64,000 nucleotides of DNA from Monocercomonoides exilis PA203. Its lineage: Eukaryota > Protista > Preaxostyla. The DNA is taken from assembly GCA_001643675.2 (NCBI GenBank), contig LSRY02000002.1:1240001-1304000 (forward strand). The letters are read 5' to 3'. Made by a program: the position numbers and the translations under genes. Below, piece after piece: positions 11,844-25,300 of this stretch (positions are counted from its first letter, which is position 1; every line of letters starts with the position of its first letter). The notes under the pieces are model-generated. The model saw nothing but the letters and a program-made list of their open reading frames with translations. It did no database searches and had not been told where the DNA came from.

Positions 11844-14800
11844 TCATTTGCAACTTTCTGTTATTTCTTCATTTTCATTTTGGATTTGTTGTTTTTTCAT
11901 TTCTCGCTCATAAGTCAAATTGATCTCGTTGAATAAATCTTCATCATCAATTTCTTCTTTTTTATTTTGCTCATTCTCATTTTGTTGTAATGAAACTTCC
12001 TCATCGTTTTTGAAGCTTCCTTCATTTCCCACATGCCTTTCTGGAGACAATGTTGATGTTCCGTTTTTGTTCACCGAATGATCAAGGCGCTTAACTTGTG
12101 GTATAAAGAAAGATTTTTCCTCTCCTGCCACAAGAGAAGCAGGCAAATTGGAGCCAGCCGTCAACAACAGAGGCGATGCAGGCCTCTCTTGCGCTGCGGG
12201 GGCGTGAAAGCTCCCGCCCTTGACACTGCGTGACGGAGAAGTTGGTAACCTGTTCGGTGATGTTTCTGCTAGCTGGGAAGATCTGAGAGTAGAAGAAGCA
12301 GAAACCATGCTTGCAAAAAGCCTCGGAGAATGTGGTTCTTCTCCTGAACCACTTGTGCTGTTACTGCTACTGCTATTGCCACTGCTTCCGTTCTGCTTTT
12401 TGTATTTCTGTGCCATCCGGAAATCAAACACCGAACGATGCGACACAAGCAGCGAAGGCTGCATCTCTTCAATCTCGCTTGGATGCGTGGACGTTGGGAG
12501 GAAGTCAGGCTTAGCTGGGTCTGGTGAGATGTACCAAGGGCGATATCTGTTCTGGTGCGGCTGCAGTGCCAGCTCAGGGCTGCTGATGTAGTTGTCAGGG
12601 CGGGACTGCAGCTGGTCTGATACGACTCCGTTCCACTGGGGAAACGTCTTCTTTGGAGGGATGGGAGAAGATGGGGAGGCTGTGCTGTCCAAAGCTGTTG
12701 TGTGGAGAGATGGTGAGAAGGAGTAAGAATACCGTGTAGCCGAGACAGAACGTCTACGCAGCGCTAAATCTGGTGTGTACGAAGGCGCACCCACTGTGCT
12801 GCTCAGACGCTGCTCGTTCTCTGCCTTCATCTCTGCCTGCTTTTTCCTTCTTTCCTGGATACGCTCATAATCATCATAGTCAGAGTACAGCGGGCGATGT
12901 GTTTTGCTCATAGGTCTTCCATACAGTGGATGTGTCATCATAATCAGATGGTGCTCTTCGTGATGATTGCCCAGAAGAGGGTAATCCGGATATCCCACAA
13001 CATTTTCACGGTCATTGCGCTCTTTCTCTTCGAGCTGCTGTTTGACTTCTGTGTTGTGCTGCATCCGAAGCTCAGCTGCCAGTGTTGTCCCCGCATACAC
13101 AGGCGATGCAGCCAGCATCGCAGACAGCTGCGAGGAGCATCTCGAATCACTCGATTTGTAAGAGGCAGCGTTTGAGGAGCGGCGCATGTGATGGGCTCTT
13201 GAGGGCGAAAGGGCAGACGGCGAGGCTGTGGAGCGTGGAGAACTGACTGTTATGTATGCTCCTTTGGGAGAGGCGTCTGATTTGTTTAGAGAAAGAGGAG
13301 AAGTCCTCTGGCGCACTTCAGAGGGGCTTGGAGTGTGATGGGGCGAAAGCGAACACCGCTGAAGAGAAGAGGGCGTGGCAGATGGAGAGAGGAGAGGATC
13401 AGATTGATAGAACGCAACAGTAGACTCAGGCAATGAAATGGTTGATTTGCCGTCTTCTTTGTTGCGAGCACATGCGTCTGAATCTGCTTTCGCTTCTGCG
13501 TCGCAGAATCCAGAGAGCGGGGGTGTTTGAGCAAGCGGAATGTTCGCTTCCCGGTCAGTTGCATCGTTTTCTGTGTCTCCGTCGCTGTCTCGTCTTCCAT
13601 CGTACTGCTGCACACTTCCCAGCGACAGCCGGCGGAAATTCTTCAAATGACTCAGAAAATCATTCTGCTGAAGGGGTGATTGAGGGGCGGACAAAGGAGA
13701 GGCCTTTGTCGCGGGTGATGAGGAAGGTGATGAGGAATGTGATGAAGAATGTGATGAAGGAAGTGACTCATTCGCAGAAAGACCAAAAGATTGGTCTTTT
13801 CTTGTAGTCGAATCAGCATTAAACGAAGAGATATAGCTGGCTGTAGTTGACGTTTTGCCATTGAATTTCCTGCTAGGCGAATGGTTGTTGGCATCTATGC
13901 TTCTCCTCAGCTGCTCTCGCTCTTTTGAGGTAAGCCTCGCCGCTTCCATTTTGTTGTATTTGGACATGTTGCTTGCCTTTGTGGCAACAGTCGCACCAAG
14001 ATCATTTGAATCTTCTTCTTCTCTTCCTCCTTCTCCTTCTCCTTCTCCTTCGTTTTCTCCGATTTCTTCATTCATCCAACCACTTTCATCATCGAGACTT
14101 TCATCAATGGCCAGACCAATGGTAGCTCTGAATCGAGAAGGAGTGAACAAAGGTGGGGGTGATGTTACAATCACAGGCATATACGACTGCTGGTTCTCTT
14201 GAAGATCAGATTCATTTGAGACGGTCAGGTGCGATAAACCATCAGCAGCACGTGAGCAAGTTGGAGACTCGTTATTTTTTAGTAATGATTCACTGTGCTC
14301 TGGTGCATGTGATGACGTTCTTGAACTCATATAACCTTTGTCTGTTTCAGAATTGGCAGGATTCATCCTTTTGGTTGATCCAATTGGGCTGTCGCGTGTA
14401 TTGCTCATTTGCATATAATCTTCAGTACAAGCAACACATTTTTTAAAATCTTTCTTTTCATTATTCCTAATTTTGTTTCTCTTTTCTTTTATAAAAGCTT
14501 CTTGTTTTTCTTTTTCAATTTCCATAACCATTTTTTCGCTATGCCCCTTAATGTCGGATAAAATCGCTTCTGGTGAAAACTTTGAAGTTTTATGCATGTT
14601 AGCCAACAAATTGCTTTGCCTTTTTGTGGATTTGAAAAAATCATCGGGTTTTGTTTTTGGTTTTTTAAGTGTTAAACGTTTCTCTTTCATCTTTCTTTCA
14701 AGCTCTGCTCTCATTTCCTTTTCCCTCTGTTGCTCTTGTAATTCTTTTTCTCTTTTCTCTCTTCTTCGATCCTAGTAACAAAAGTTTCTATTACACACGA

Positions 14801-15147
14801 ACAAAGCACGAAAATACACACAATTTCTCTCTGAATATCAATCTGACGCTTTGCCCATTTTCTTTGAAGAATTTCTTCTTTTTTGTATTGTCTGTCTAAT
14901 GAACGAAGTTCCTCAACAAGAGCGACTCCAGATTTAGATATAATTACTATAAAAATATTTTTTTAAAATTTAAAATTGCATTCAATAATGTTGAAAAAAA
15001 ATTAAAAAATAAAACTCAAACAATTAATATCTTCTTCATTTTCGATAGGGGCCACTTGTTGAACTTGAGGAATAGAATTCTTCTTTTAAAAAATAATTCA
15101 AAAAATGTCACAGAAAATAATATAATTAACAAATTCCGTACAATCAT
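11844..15147 (-). CDS. Hypothetical protein, about 1030 aa, N-terminal coiled coil then Ser/Pro-rich disordered region
   Basis: 956-aa ORF plus small upstream exons that splice in phase: MI | KNSIPQVQQ... | ...SKSGVALVEELRSLDRQ... | DRRRE. The start position is uncertain. Confidence 0.7.
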
Positions 15148-15413
15148 CTATTTAAATAATTAAGAAGAAGAATTAATGATAAAAAAGAAATGTCTGTTTA
15201 TCTGTGGCTTTGTTCTCAAAGAAAATAATTGATCTTATTCAGTATAATTTTTAAAGTTTGACTATTTCTATCAAACAATTTTTGAATTTCATATACACAT
15301 AGAGAGAAACAAACTTTCTGTAAATAAAGGAAAATTTACCTGCAATAATTGAGAATAATAATTCCTGCTAAATGCAATAATACTCATAATGGAAACATCT
15401 TGATCTTTTAGAA

Positions 15414-16684
15414 ATGGGTTGTTCTGGTTCAAGTGCTATAAAGCCAAATTTTAAAACTATTGCCGAAGTATTTTTGTTGTAAATATGAAAAAATTCATGA
15501 CTTTGCGAATGTTTTTTAGGTTCAATCAGCAATAAGAAAAGCCGGATTGGAAAGTTCTAATCTGATTTTTGGAATAGACTTCACAAAATCGAATTTATAT
15601 AATGTTTGATTATGCAATTTTTTTGAATGGCGATGATATTTTTGCAAATATTTTTATATTTATCATTCAGGGAGAGTTCAGCTTCCAAGGAAAGAGCCTT
15701 CATGATATAACTGTTAAAAATCCGTACATGGAAGTCATAGAAATTCTTGGAGAAACCCTTGAAGCATTTGATGGTTTGTATGATTATATTCATTTTATAT
15801 GTTGTTAATCAATGTTCGATCTCTAGATGACAAAATAATTCCAACATATGGATTCGGTGATATATACACAAAGTTTTGCTTTTTTTAAGATATATTTCTT
15901 TTTTCAAAATAACGTTCATCAACTTTCTCATTGCTTTTTATTGAATGCAGAGACAAATCAATTTTTCCTTTTTATCCTGATCGATCTCCAATTGGTTTCC
16001 AGGAAGTACTTCGTAGATACAAAGAAATCATTCCTGGAATTAATTTATCTGGACCAACAAATTTTGCTCCGTTGATTAGAGAAGCACTTCGTATTGTGAA
16101 AGCAGAAAAATCAGTGTGTTTTATTTATTTATTTATTTATTTATTGAATAATTTTTCGTTTTATTCTCTGGATCAATATTATTCTCGCATTTTACAAATA
16201 GTATCACATTCTCGTTATATGTACAGATGGACAAGTTGATGCAGAGAAAGATACAACTCGTGCTATTGTTGAAGCGAGCTCATATCCAATGTCAATAATA
16301 TGCATTGGAGTGGGAGATGGGCCGTGGGAAATTATGAGGAAATTCGATGAAAAATTGCCGACAAGAAAATTTGATAATGTTTGTAATTTTTAAATTATTA
16401 CATCCAAATATGTGAATCATTCTTCCTTTTCAAATTATTTCGATTTTTCTTTTTGTATTTTATTTCGCACAATTACAAAATAGTTCCATTTCGTCGAGTT
16501 CAACAAATTAAGAAAGAAGTACAGCGAGGACTTTGCTCCTGCTTTTGCGTTAAATTGCCTCATGGAAGTGCCTGAACAGTTTGTACATCTTTTTTTTTAT
16601 AGCGATTTTATAATTTGAAATTTTTCATTTGATTTTTAAAGGTACTGCTTGATAAAAAAATTGGGATATTTGGATTCATCTTGA
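15414..16684 (+). CDS. Copine/RGLG-type vWA-domain protein with N-terminal MGCSGS acylation motif and no C2 or RING domain, about 8 exons
   Basis: Spliced motifs [100 protein letters not shown] and LMEVPEQY are the copine domain of RGLG-like proteins. Confidence 0.9.
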
Positions 16685-17127
16685 TGAAAATTGATTTAAT
16701 TGTCTTTTATAATTTTTTTTTTTAAATTTTGATTTTGATTATTATTTTTTGTGTGTTTATTGTTGAATATTTTTATTGTTAAATCCATTTTGAGATTATT
16801 CTGTCAATTCATTTTCATTTGTGAGAAAGCTACACAATTTTTTTGATTTTGCTGGTTAAGCGAAGAATTTGGTTTCAGTGATTTTTTTGTTATTATTATA
16901 GAATGGCTTCTTTTTTATCAACCTGTTCATTTCTTTTAGCAAAAGATTTCATTTCAATTAAAAATGTTTTCTTTCAATTTCAAAATAATGAAGGTTAAAT
17001 AAAAAATATGTGATTCAATCTCCGCCAGAATAATAAGTTCTCGCTGGAAGAATTATTCAGTCCGTTTCTCCGATTTATTAATGTGGTGGGTTTTTGATCA
17101 AAAGAAATTTTCTAGTAATCTTTTTTC

Positions 17128-19959
17128 ATGGGAAATCAATGTCCATTTCCAAAATATAAGTATCCCTATCAACAGCCAACATCATTTTCATGGGATTCTT
17201 ATATTCAACAGTGCAGTTATAATTTCAATGACAAATTGGAAGAACTTTGGAATAAAAGTTATAAAGGGAAAATTGTGGAATGGGAGGGTCTAGTGACTTC
17301 TGTTGAAGCAAACGCAGTTAGATTTTGGATGAATCCTACCGATTCTATTTTCACCAACTCGGAACTGACGTTGAAATTTAATAGAGCATTAAAATTGAAT
17401 CGCAGTCAATTTCCGATGAATAAAGTTGCAAGATTCAGAGGGAAACTTGTTTCGCACGGTATGTGTTCATCACTAGCTCTTTTATATTATGATTTGAAAA
17501 CTTATTTCTTGGAATATGGTTTTTTTTTTATTTCTATCTTTTTTCTGGTTTGCACCTTTTAAAAGGCTCGATCAAGAATCATGTCGTGGAAGCTGTTCCA
17601 ATGGATGATTCAACCGTTCCAGATCGATCCTTTACATACGAGCATTTTCTTTACCTTTTCGGCTCTGATGCTACACATCTTCCTCAACATTATTTTGATA
17701 CTTATTGGAAAGACAGAGTATTAGTGCTTGATGGTATATTAAAGGAAAGGTTTTCAGAAACTTCGGATAGAAGTGATGCAGAGGCGATATTTGAAGTTGA
17801 TACAGATATTCCAACTACTCCAAAAGAATTATTAAAATTGAGAATATCACGAATGACGCCAATATACAATCAAGTTATGAAATTAGCTCCAATGACAGCT
17901 CTTGTAGTCACAGTGCGTCTTGTTGAAAACAAAAAGCCACATCTTGCTACTTTGGTCAATTATGGATATTCGAAGAAGCGAAAAGTTCTGGACAAAATGA
18001 AGGAGATGAGCAAGAAAGGGGTGGGGTTTGGCTCGCTATTAGGAACGGCTGTGTCGGCAGCTGGACTTGGGTTGAGCATGATTGGGAAGGAGATTTTTAA
18101 GGGGATGATGTCAGGCTCCACCATCTTTGTGACAAATGAGGAAAAAAAAAGAGAGAAGAATGAGAAATGGCAGATGAGAAAAGAGAAGAGACTCAAAAAG
18201 AAAATGGATAGAATGCAAAGAAAACTAAAAAGAATGAAAAATTCCTCTAACGAAGACTCACTTTCATCATCCGACTCTTCTTCCAGTTCCGATGATGACG
18301 ATGATGACGACAGTGATGATGATGATGACAAGACAATCGGAAGCACAAAGAAAAAGAAGGTCCCTGCAGATTATTCAGAACCGCATCAATTCGCAGGCAA
18401 TCATCCTTCCACACAGCCAACAATACAGCCAGGCGCTCCTCACGGCGTGCCTTCGGCTTCTGCGCCTGCTTTCCCCGCACAGCCACAACAACAGCTACAG
18501 CAACCTCCACAAATGTATAGTCAGCCTCCTCTGCCTGTGACGTATTATCCATCTGCCCCTCCTTCTTCTTCTCCTAGTCAATACCAAATCCCACAGTCGC
18601 AGTATTCTGCTTCTCCTGCTAGCACTTCATCACCATACACATATTCTCCTTCTCCTTCCTCCTCCTCCTCTTCTTCTTCTTCTTCTTCTTCTTCTTCTTC
18701 TTCTCCATCTCAACCGTCTTCTTCATCCATTCCATCGATCCTTGCATCGCAAGCCCTTGTCGAGTGCACCATATGCCACCAATGCTTCATGGTCTCTCAA
18801 ATTGAAAGCCACATAACTTCCTGTGTTGCACAACACTTCGGAACACAAGGAAATCCAGGCAATTCGCCTCAATCGGCTGCTTTTCAATCTCCTTCTTCTT
18901 CTCCTTCTCCTTCTTCTTCCTCTTCCTCTTCTCCTTCTGCTCCGCTTGTTTATCAGCCGTCTATTCCTGTTGATATCCCCACCACTTCGCCGGGTGATGT
19001 GCCTCTTTCTCTGCCATCTGCACCAGATTCACTCACTCCAAGTGCTCCTCCGCTTTCTTCAAGTCAGCATCCATCAACACTTTACGACTCTGATTCATTT
19101 CATCCTTCAGCTCCACAGCCTTCCTCTTCATCATCATCATCTTCTTCTTCCTCTTCCTCTTCTTCCTCTTCCTCTTCTTCCTCTTCCTCTTCTTCAGATG
19201 ACGATGACCCGTTTTTGAAGACTCTTTCAATGACTGAGGAGCAGCTTTTTGAGTTTGAGGCAAGCGAAGGGTTCTTGTGTCCAATCACTCAAGAGGTGTG
19301 AAAAAAAAATTTTTTTGGGAAAGCAAGTGAATGTGATATGTGAATGAATATGTTGGATAACTTAAAATATTTTGAAGAGAAATACATCTATATCTATATA
19401 TTTAATTTAAAATTTGTGTATTTTGTGTGTTTTGTTGACTGAATGCCAATTGTTTAATTTTCAACATTTATCATAACAATTTTTTCTACCCCTTCGTCAT
19501 GTTCATACCTCAATTAATAATTTTCTTCACTTATGATTATCTTTATTGGGTATATATATATATATTAGATTATGAGTGATCCAGTGTTTGCTGATGATGG
19601 AAATTACTATGAAAGAACAGCGATTGAAGAGTGGCTGCAGAAGAAGAGCACAAGCCCCATCACAAGAGAACAAATGAAGGGGATATTGCAACCTGACCTC
19701 GAGCTGAAGGAGAAAATACAATGTGTGCTTTTTATTTATTTATTTATCCATTTATTTATTTATTTATTAAAATGCTTTTTTTGAATTTGTGTTTTTGATG
19801 ATTGATCTTTTCTTTTTAATAAAAAATACATTTAACATTTTTGATGTTTTCTTGTTGATTTATTAATAACGATGCTATTTACAAATGTTATATTCTTCAT
19901 CTTCATTTGAAGATTACTTGCTGCTGCATCCGAATCGCAAGCCTTTATTAGAAATGTGA
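17128..19959 (+). CDS. U-box E3 ligase-like protein with tandem OB-fold-like N-terminal repeats and a UBZ-like Zn finger (exons 17128-17458, 17566-19295, 19569-19722, 19913-19959)
   Basis: The C-terminus [44 protein letters not shown]...LQPDLELKEKIQ is a U-box. CTICHQCFMVSQIESHITSC fits C-x2-C-x11-H-x3-C. The N-terminus is MGNQC. Confidence 0.85.
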
Positions 19960-20120
19960 TTGTGTTTGCGCCTTAAGATCGCAAACTCAATTCTTAAACA
20001 GTTTGACTTTCATTAAATTTATATTATTTTGTTATTTTAAATACTCGTTTGTTTCTTCATCCTATTTATTTATTGCTTCATTGTTTTATTCATTCAAATA
20101 CATATCTTTTCTCTATCTAT

Positions 20121-20173
20121 CTTTCTCTTTCTCTCTTTCTCTTTCTCTTTCTCTTTCTCTTTCTCTTTCTCTT

Positions 20174-20204
<31 letters not shown>

Positions 20205-20213
20205 TTCTCTCTT

Positions 20214-20244
<31 letters not shown>

Positions 20245-20265
20245 TTCTCTTTCTCTTTCTCTTTC

Positions 20266-20333
<68 letters not shown>

Positions 20334-20334
20334 T
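20121..20334. repeat. Compound (TTTCTC)n-(TTTC)n microsatellite, about 210 bp
   Basis: Directly visible pure polypyrimidine tandem repeat. Confidence 0.95.
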
Positions 20335-20904
20335 AAAATACTTGCTATTTTTTCAAATAACAAATCTTATAAATTCAATTGCATTAACTTCAAAACTTCT
20401 TTGACTGTAAACTCTTATTTGAAGAATTTTCTTTTTTATTGACAAGTTTATTTTTTTGTGTGTTTTGTTGTGGTCACACTCATAGTTTTTTTGATGTTAA
20501 CTTTATTTCGTCTATTTTTTTGTGATATTAAATTTGTGGAAATTGCTATAATCGTTTTATATTTAGATTTGTCAATTGTTTTGTTGCTTTTTTCGATTTT
20601 TTAAAAACTAATTTAAATGATAGTTGATATGAAGGTGAATGTAAATATCACTTCCTTTCTGTTAGTATATTGTCAGAAATTTTTGATTCATCACAACTTA
20701 ACTTGTTCGCCTTTTTTCTTCGTATGAAATGAAAAAGCATCAGACATCATTAAGAAATGTAATTGATATGATGGATAAATGACAAAAATTCAGAAAACGA
20801 AAATGAATACTTCATAAGAAATAACAACCATTTCTATTCTGGAAAATATTGAAAAACACTTCGTAAAATAATTAAAAAGATAACGAAGTGATGTGATTTG
20901 AATC

Positions 20905-21385
20905 CCGAAAACAAAAAAAAAAAAAAAATTGGATTATTCATCAGTTCTTTGACTCTTTCTCAACTCTTTTTGAAATTCTTCTTCAGAAATAAACGCATAA
21001 TTTGTTTCTTTTTAAAAGATATTTTCATTCTCCCATTTTACACTTCTTTGCTTCTTTTGTTAATCTGGGACAGAATTCTTTAATTTGTGAAAAATTCAAT
21101 GATTTGTTCCAAGCTTTTTCTGCAATCGAATAATTATTATTCTAATATTATCGTGCAATATAAAATATAAAAATATAAAATATCGAAAAAAATCTAGAAA
21201 GAACTGGATGGAACAAAATTCTTAAAACAAAAAATTTTGTCCCATCTTTTTTTATGGCAAATTTGGGAGATTGACAGAATCTTAAAGGAATAAACAATTC
21301 AAAATAAATTAATCAAAAGGCTCAAATTGAGGAAAGAAAAGCTTGAAAAAAGAGCAAAAGAATCCACATTTTTTTAAAGTTCGCA
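20905..21385. repeat. Degenerate long inverted repeat, possible ancient MITE
   Basis: Ordered mirror segments: tgggacagaatt/aattttgtccca, tttgttcca/tggaacaaa, ctccca/tgggag, and ttctttgactctttctcaa/ttgaaaaaagagcaaaagaa. Confidence 0.45.
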
Positions 21386-22392
21386 TTTTTATCTGAATTT
21401 GTAATATAATTAACATTTTTCACATAAAATATACACTAAAATCGTGATATTATTTTTGTTTGAATGTCAATATCCTTGCCAAATACCATTTAAGAGGCTA
21501 TTCCTTGAAAAAATTAAAAAGTACAGGAAAAAGTTAAGCAAAAAGTGGATTCAAAGAAAATATAACAAAATTAGCGAAGAATTCGGTTTAATGCGTATTT
21601 GAGATGGAAATTACCACCAAATTCCTTTTAATGAAAGATTTATCACTTCTTCAATTCATGCAAAGTGTTCATCTTTTCACTGCGTTACAGAAATTGAATG
21701 TAAAAATGAGAAAACGGAAGAAGCAAATCCTCCTTATTGGCTGAAATATTCACCTCGAACAAGGACTAAATGATGAAGCTTCAGATGTCTTCTGTGCTTT
21801 AAACTTGAAGCTTTTCTGGGTATGAATCAAAAAAATGGGAAAATACTATTCAGTCCTGTGGAGTCAACAATAAAAAGGAACAAAAGTATTTGTTTTTGAA
21901 TTCATAGCAAGTGGCAATGCATCTGTTATGAGAAAAAGCAAACAAGCGGCTAAGACTTTGAAGACAGATTTGTTTTAACCTATTCTTCTTTGATTAAAAT
22001 AGGTTTTCTTTTATCAACTGAATATTTAATTTTTTTTTCACTAATCACTTTTACTGCTTCAGTATATATTTTTTTCAGGACATTTTTCTTTTTTTGCATC
22101 GTTAAATTCATCACAAATGTATGTTTATGTGAGATAAATGAATATTTTAATTTTATTTTTGCATATTTTTATTCACTGCGAAAAAAGAAAAATAAAAATG
22201 TTTTTTTTCTTTTTTCTTTCCTTTATAATGGTAAGAGTTTTTTCATATCTTTCCGCCTTTTGCATATCACAATTTCTGTATTTTTCAAGCAGAATCCATA
22301 TTTCAATTTTGAGAGAGATATAATTCTGTTCACATAATATTTTTTGAAATGCAAAAATTACTTTTTTTGATCTTTTTCGAAGTTTTACAAAG

Positions 22393-25300
22393 ATGTTCAT
22401 TTGCTTTTATTTTATTTTTCTGTGTTATAATATTCCTTTTTTAGTTTCTCAAAGACTTCGTGATATTATCATAGATGAAAATCTTCTTTTGACCTCTTCA
22501 AAAGTATCGCTTGCTCATTGTAATGTAAAAATGGCTGCAGAAGAGAATGAAAGAAAACCGAAAAAGCATCATTTTAACATCTCAAAAAATCTGGTTGTGG
22601 AGAATTATTCAGTAAGTGAAATTCAAGATGAATTCAATGTCATTAATGCTTCAATTGCAATTCATCAACTTGTGCTTCAGCAGAAAGAGAGCTGTTATTT
22701 GGCTTCTTTGAAGCGTCATTCATTTCTACAAATTTCTTCTTGTTTCGTCTCTTTTTCAGGAAAAGAGAAGAATTGTCTGTTTTGGGGGGAATGTGGTTCG
22801 ATTTCGTTTTGGAATATCTCGCTTCGTTTTTCAAAGAATGAATATACAATGCCAAGCCTTGTTGAAGTACCTATGAAAAATTTAAACTGGATTGATGATA
22901 TTAATACAGAGGTGCGTGATTCAGAATTTTCATCTTTTGTTCAAGGATCAACACCTTTTGTTCAACTATCACCTGTTGCTTCCATCACAATCAGCCACTG
23001 TTGCTTTTTTAATATTTCACAGAGAAAAGTCAATGCAAAATCTTATTCATCTTTTTCTTATTTGAATTCAGATAAGAAATGTGATTTGGATTCTGTGAAT
23101 TGCATTTCTGTTCAGAATCCATACTTGGGGTGTATTGTTGATGGATCCACAAGTGTATTTATCTGCTGCAATTCGTCATTTTTAAGCTGTGAGGCAGTTA
23201 CAACCAGAACTAATTTCAGCACAGGATCCAAGGAATTCAATGACACAACTTTTTCGTTCAAAAGTACAGAAATACTAAATGGTGGAGCAATTTATCTAAC
23301 TGGAGATGCATCTCTCACAACTGAAAGGTGTTTGTTTGAAAACTGCACTCTTTCGAAGACTAACTCTAGAGCAGCTGCAGTGAGAAATGAAGGATCGGGA
23401 AAGTGGAGATGCAAGAACACTGCCTATCAGAATTGTTCTGTGCATTATGCTTCTGGTGCCTTTGATATAAGGGGAACTGGAGCATTGGAAGTGTCTTTTT
23501 CCAATATAACTCAATGCTTTTCAGAAGTTTGCCTTGGTGGAATTGAGATTTACAAACAAATATCTTGTATTCTCAAGGATTGCAGTTTCTTTTTGAACGA
23601 AGCCAAAAGTACCTATACTGGAGCACTAAATTGCTATTTAATTGAGCATAATTTTTCCGTTATTTCGTGCTTATTTCATTCAAACAGAGCAAAAACTAAT
23701 GCAGGAGCAATTAGATTTGATTACCGGCAAGCAGTTAAGGTTTCAGTTACTTTGACGGACTGCTTTTTTATAAATAATACCGCTGGAGAAGGAAATGATA
23801 TCTATGCGGATATAAGTTGGAACGGAAATTTGAATCTTCTTGCAACAAGTTTGTTTTCGACAAGTGAACAACCAAGGACAATATTTGCATGGGCAACTTC
23901 TGAGGAGACCTCACATTATGTGATTGATCCGCCAAACAATCAGAATAAGATTATAATTGCAACAAATGGTTTCGATTGGGATAATTGTGGGCGAAGTGAT
24001 TTTGACGCATTTAATTGTCTGACAATAAAAAAGGGAATTGAAAGAGTCAAAATGGAATCAATGAGTTTTGAGATTAAAGAAGGACTGTTTCCTTCAGGTG
24101 AAATTGATATTGGATCTTCAAATGTGATAGGAAACGGATCTGGAACATTGCTGACGAGCATTAAGTCAGAGATGAAAAGCGGAGAAGAAGCACTTTTCAG
24201 AATAAGTTCTGGAAAACTTCAAGCATCAGAAATAAAGTTTATTCACGATGGTTCGAATGAATACTGCAGAAGCTCATCACTGTTTCTGATGAGCGAAAGT
24301 TCTGGGATTCTTGTTCTTTATTCTTGCAAAATAACTTGCGAAACTCCATCTGCAGAACAGTTCTTTTCTAAGCCTCTTATAAGTTCAGAGAAAGGTGAAG
24401 TGACTCTTGACTTGTGCAATGTTGAGGGATGCCGGTCTTTGAATGCATTCATCACAAAGAAATGTGGAAATATTGTTGTGAATGATACGTTCATCTCAAC
24501 AATGACTCGTCAGACAGGAAATGGTGGCGCAATGGAAGTGGAATTGGTGGATGACATAGAATTTATCGTAAAAAACGTGTCTTTAAAGCAATGCAAGGTG
24601 AGAACAACAAATGATAATGGTGGAGGAATATATTTGGTTCTGTGTAAAAATTCGACAAGCAATTTTCAATTGGATTCAGTGAATGTGTCAGGGAATGACG
24701 CAAAATGGGGAAAAGATATGTTTGTTCAGTGTGTTGACTTGAATGGATCAGTGACAACAAGTCGGATTGTGAATATTAAAAACGATGATGGAGACAAATT
24801 GGATTTCTTTGGGATTGACAGCACAGCGTTTCTGGAGGCTCCTGTGAATCTGTCCTATTTTTTCTTGCAAAAGCAATCTTTACAAATAGAAATAAGTCAA
24901 TCTGGAAAGGATATTTCTGGGTGCGGTGATGAGGTGTTTCCTTGCAATTCGTTCTGGAAAGGATTCAAAAACTTGGCAATTGATGTAACAAACGAAAAAA
25001 AGGAATTGAGGATTGATGGTTCGACTGTCATCCAAGACCAGTTCATTTTGTCTTGTTTAATGATAAGTCCTAAACAGGATGAAAAAAGTGCGAAATTATC
25101 GTTCAACTCGGTTGTGGTGAACGGAAGTTCAGAAGTCATGCTTTTGAATGAAAATTATCTTGAGTTTGATAGAATCCGCTTCAACATTCCTTCAAGTTTT
25201 TCTGTCTCAATATCTTCTCTAATTTCTTCCGCAGACAAGGGAGACTCGAACCTTGTTTTGAAGAACTGCACATTTGAAAACAAAACAAAGGATGACATCA

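Noticed and set aside
20003-20404. ORFs of 89-133 aa
   Set aside because: They are translations of the microsatellite.
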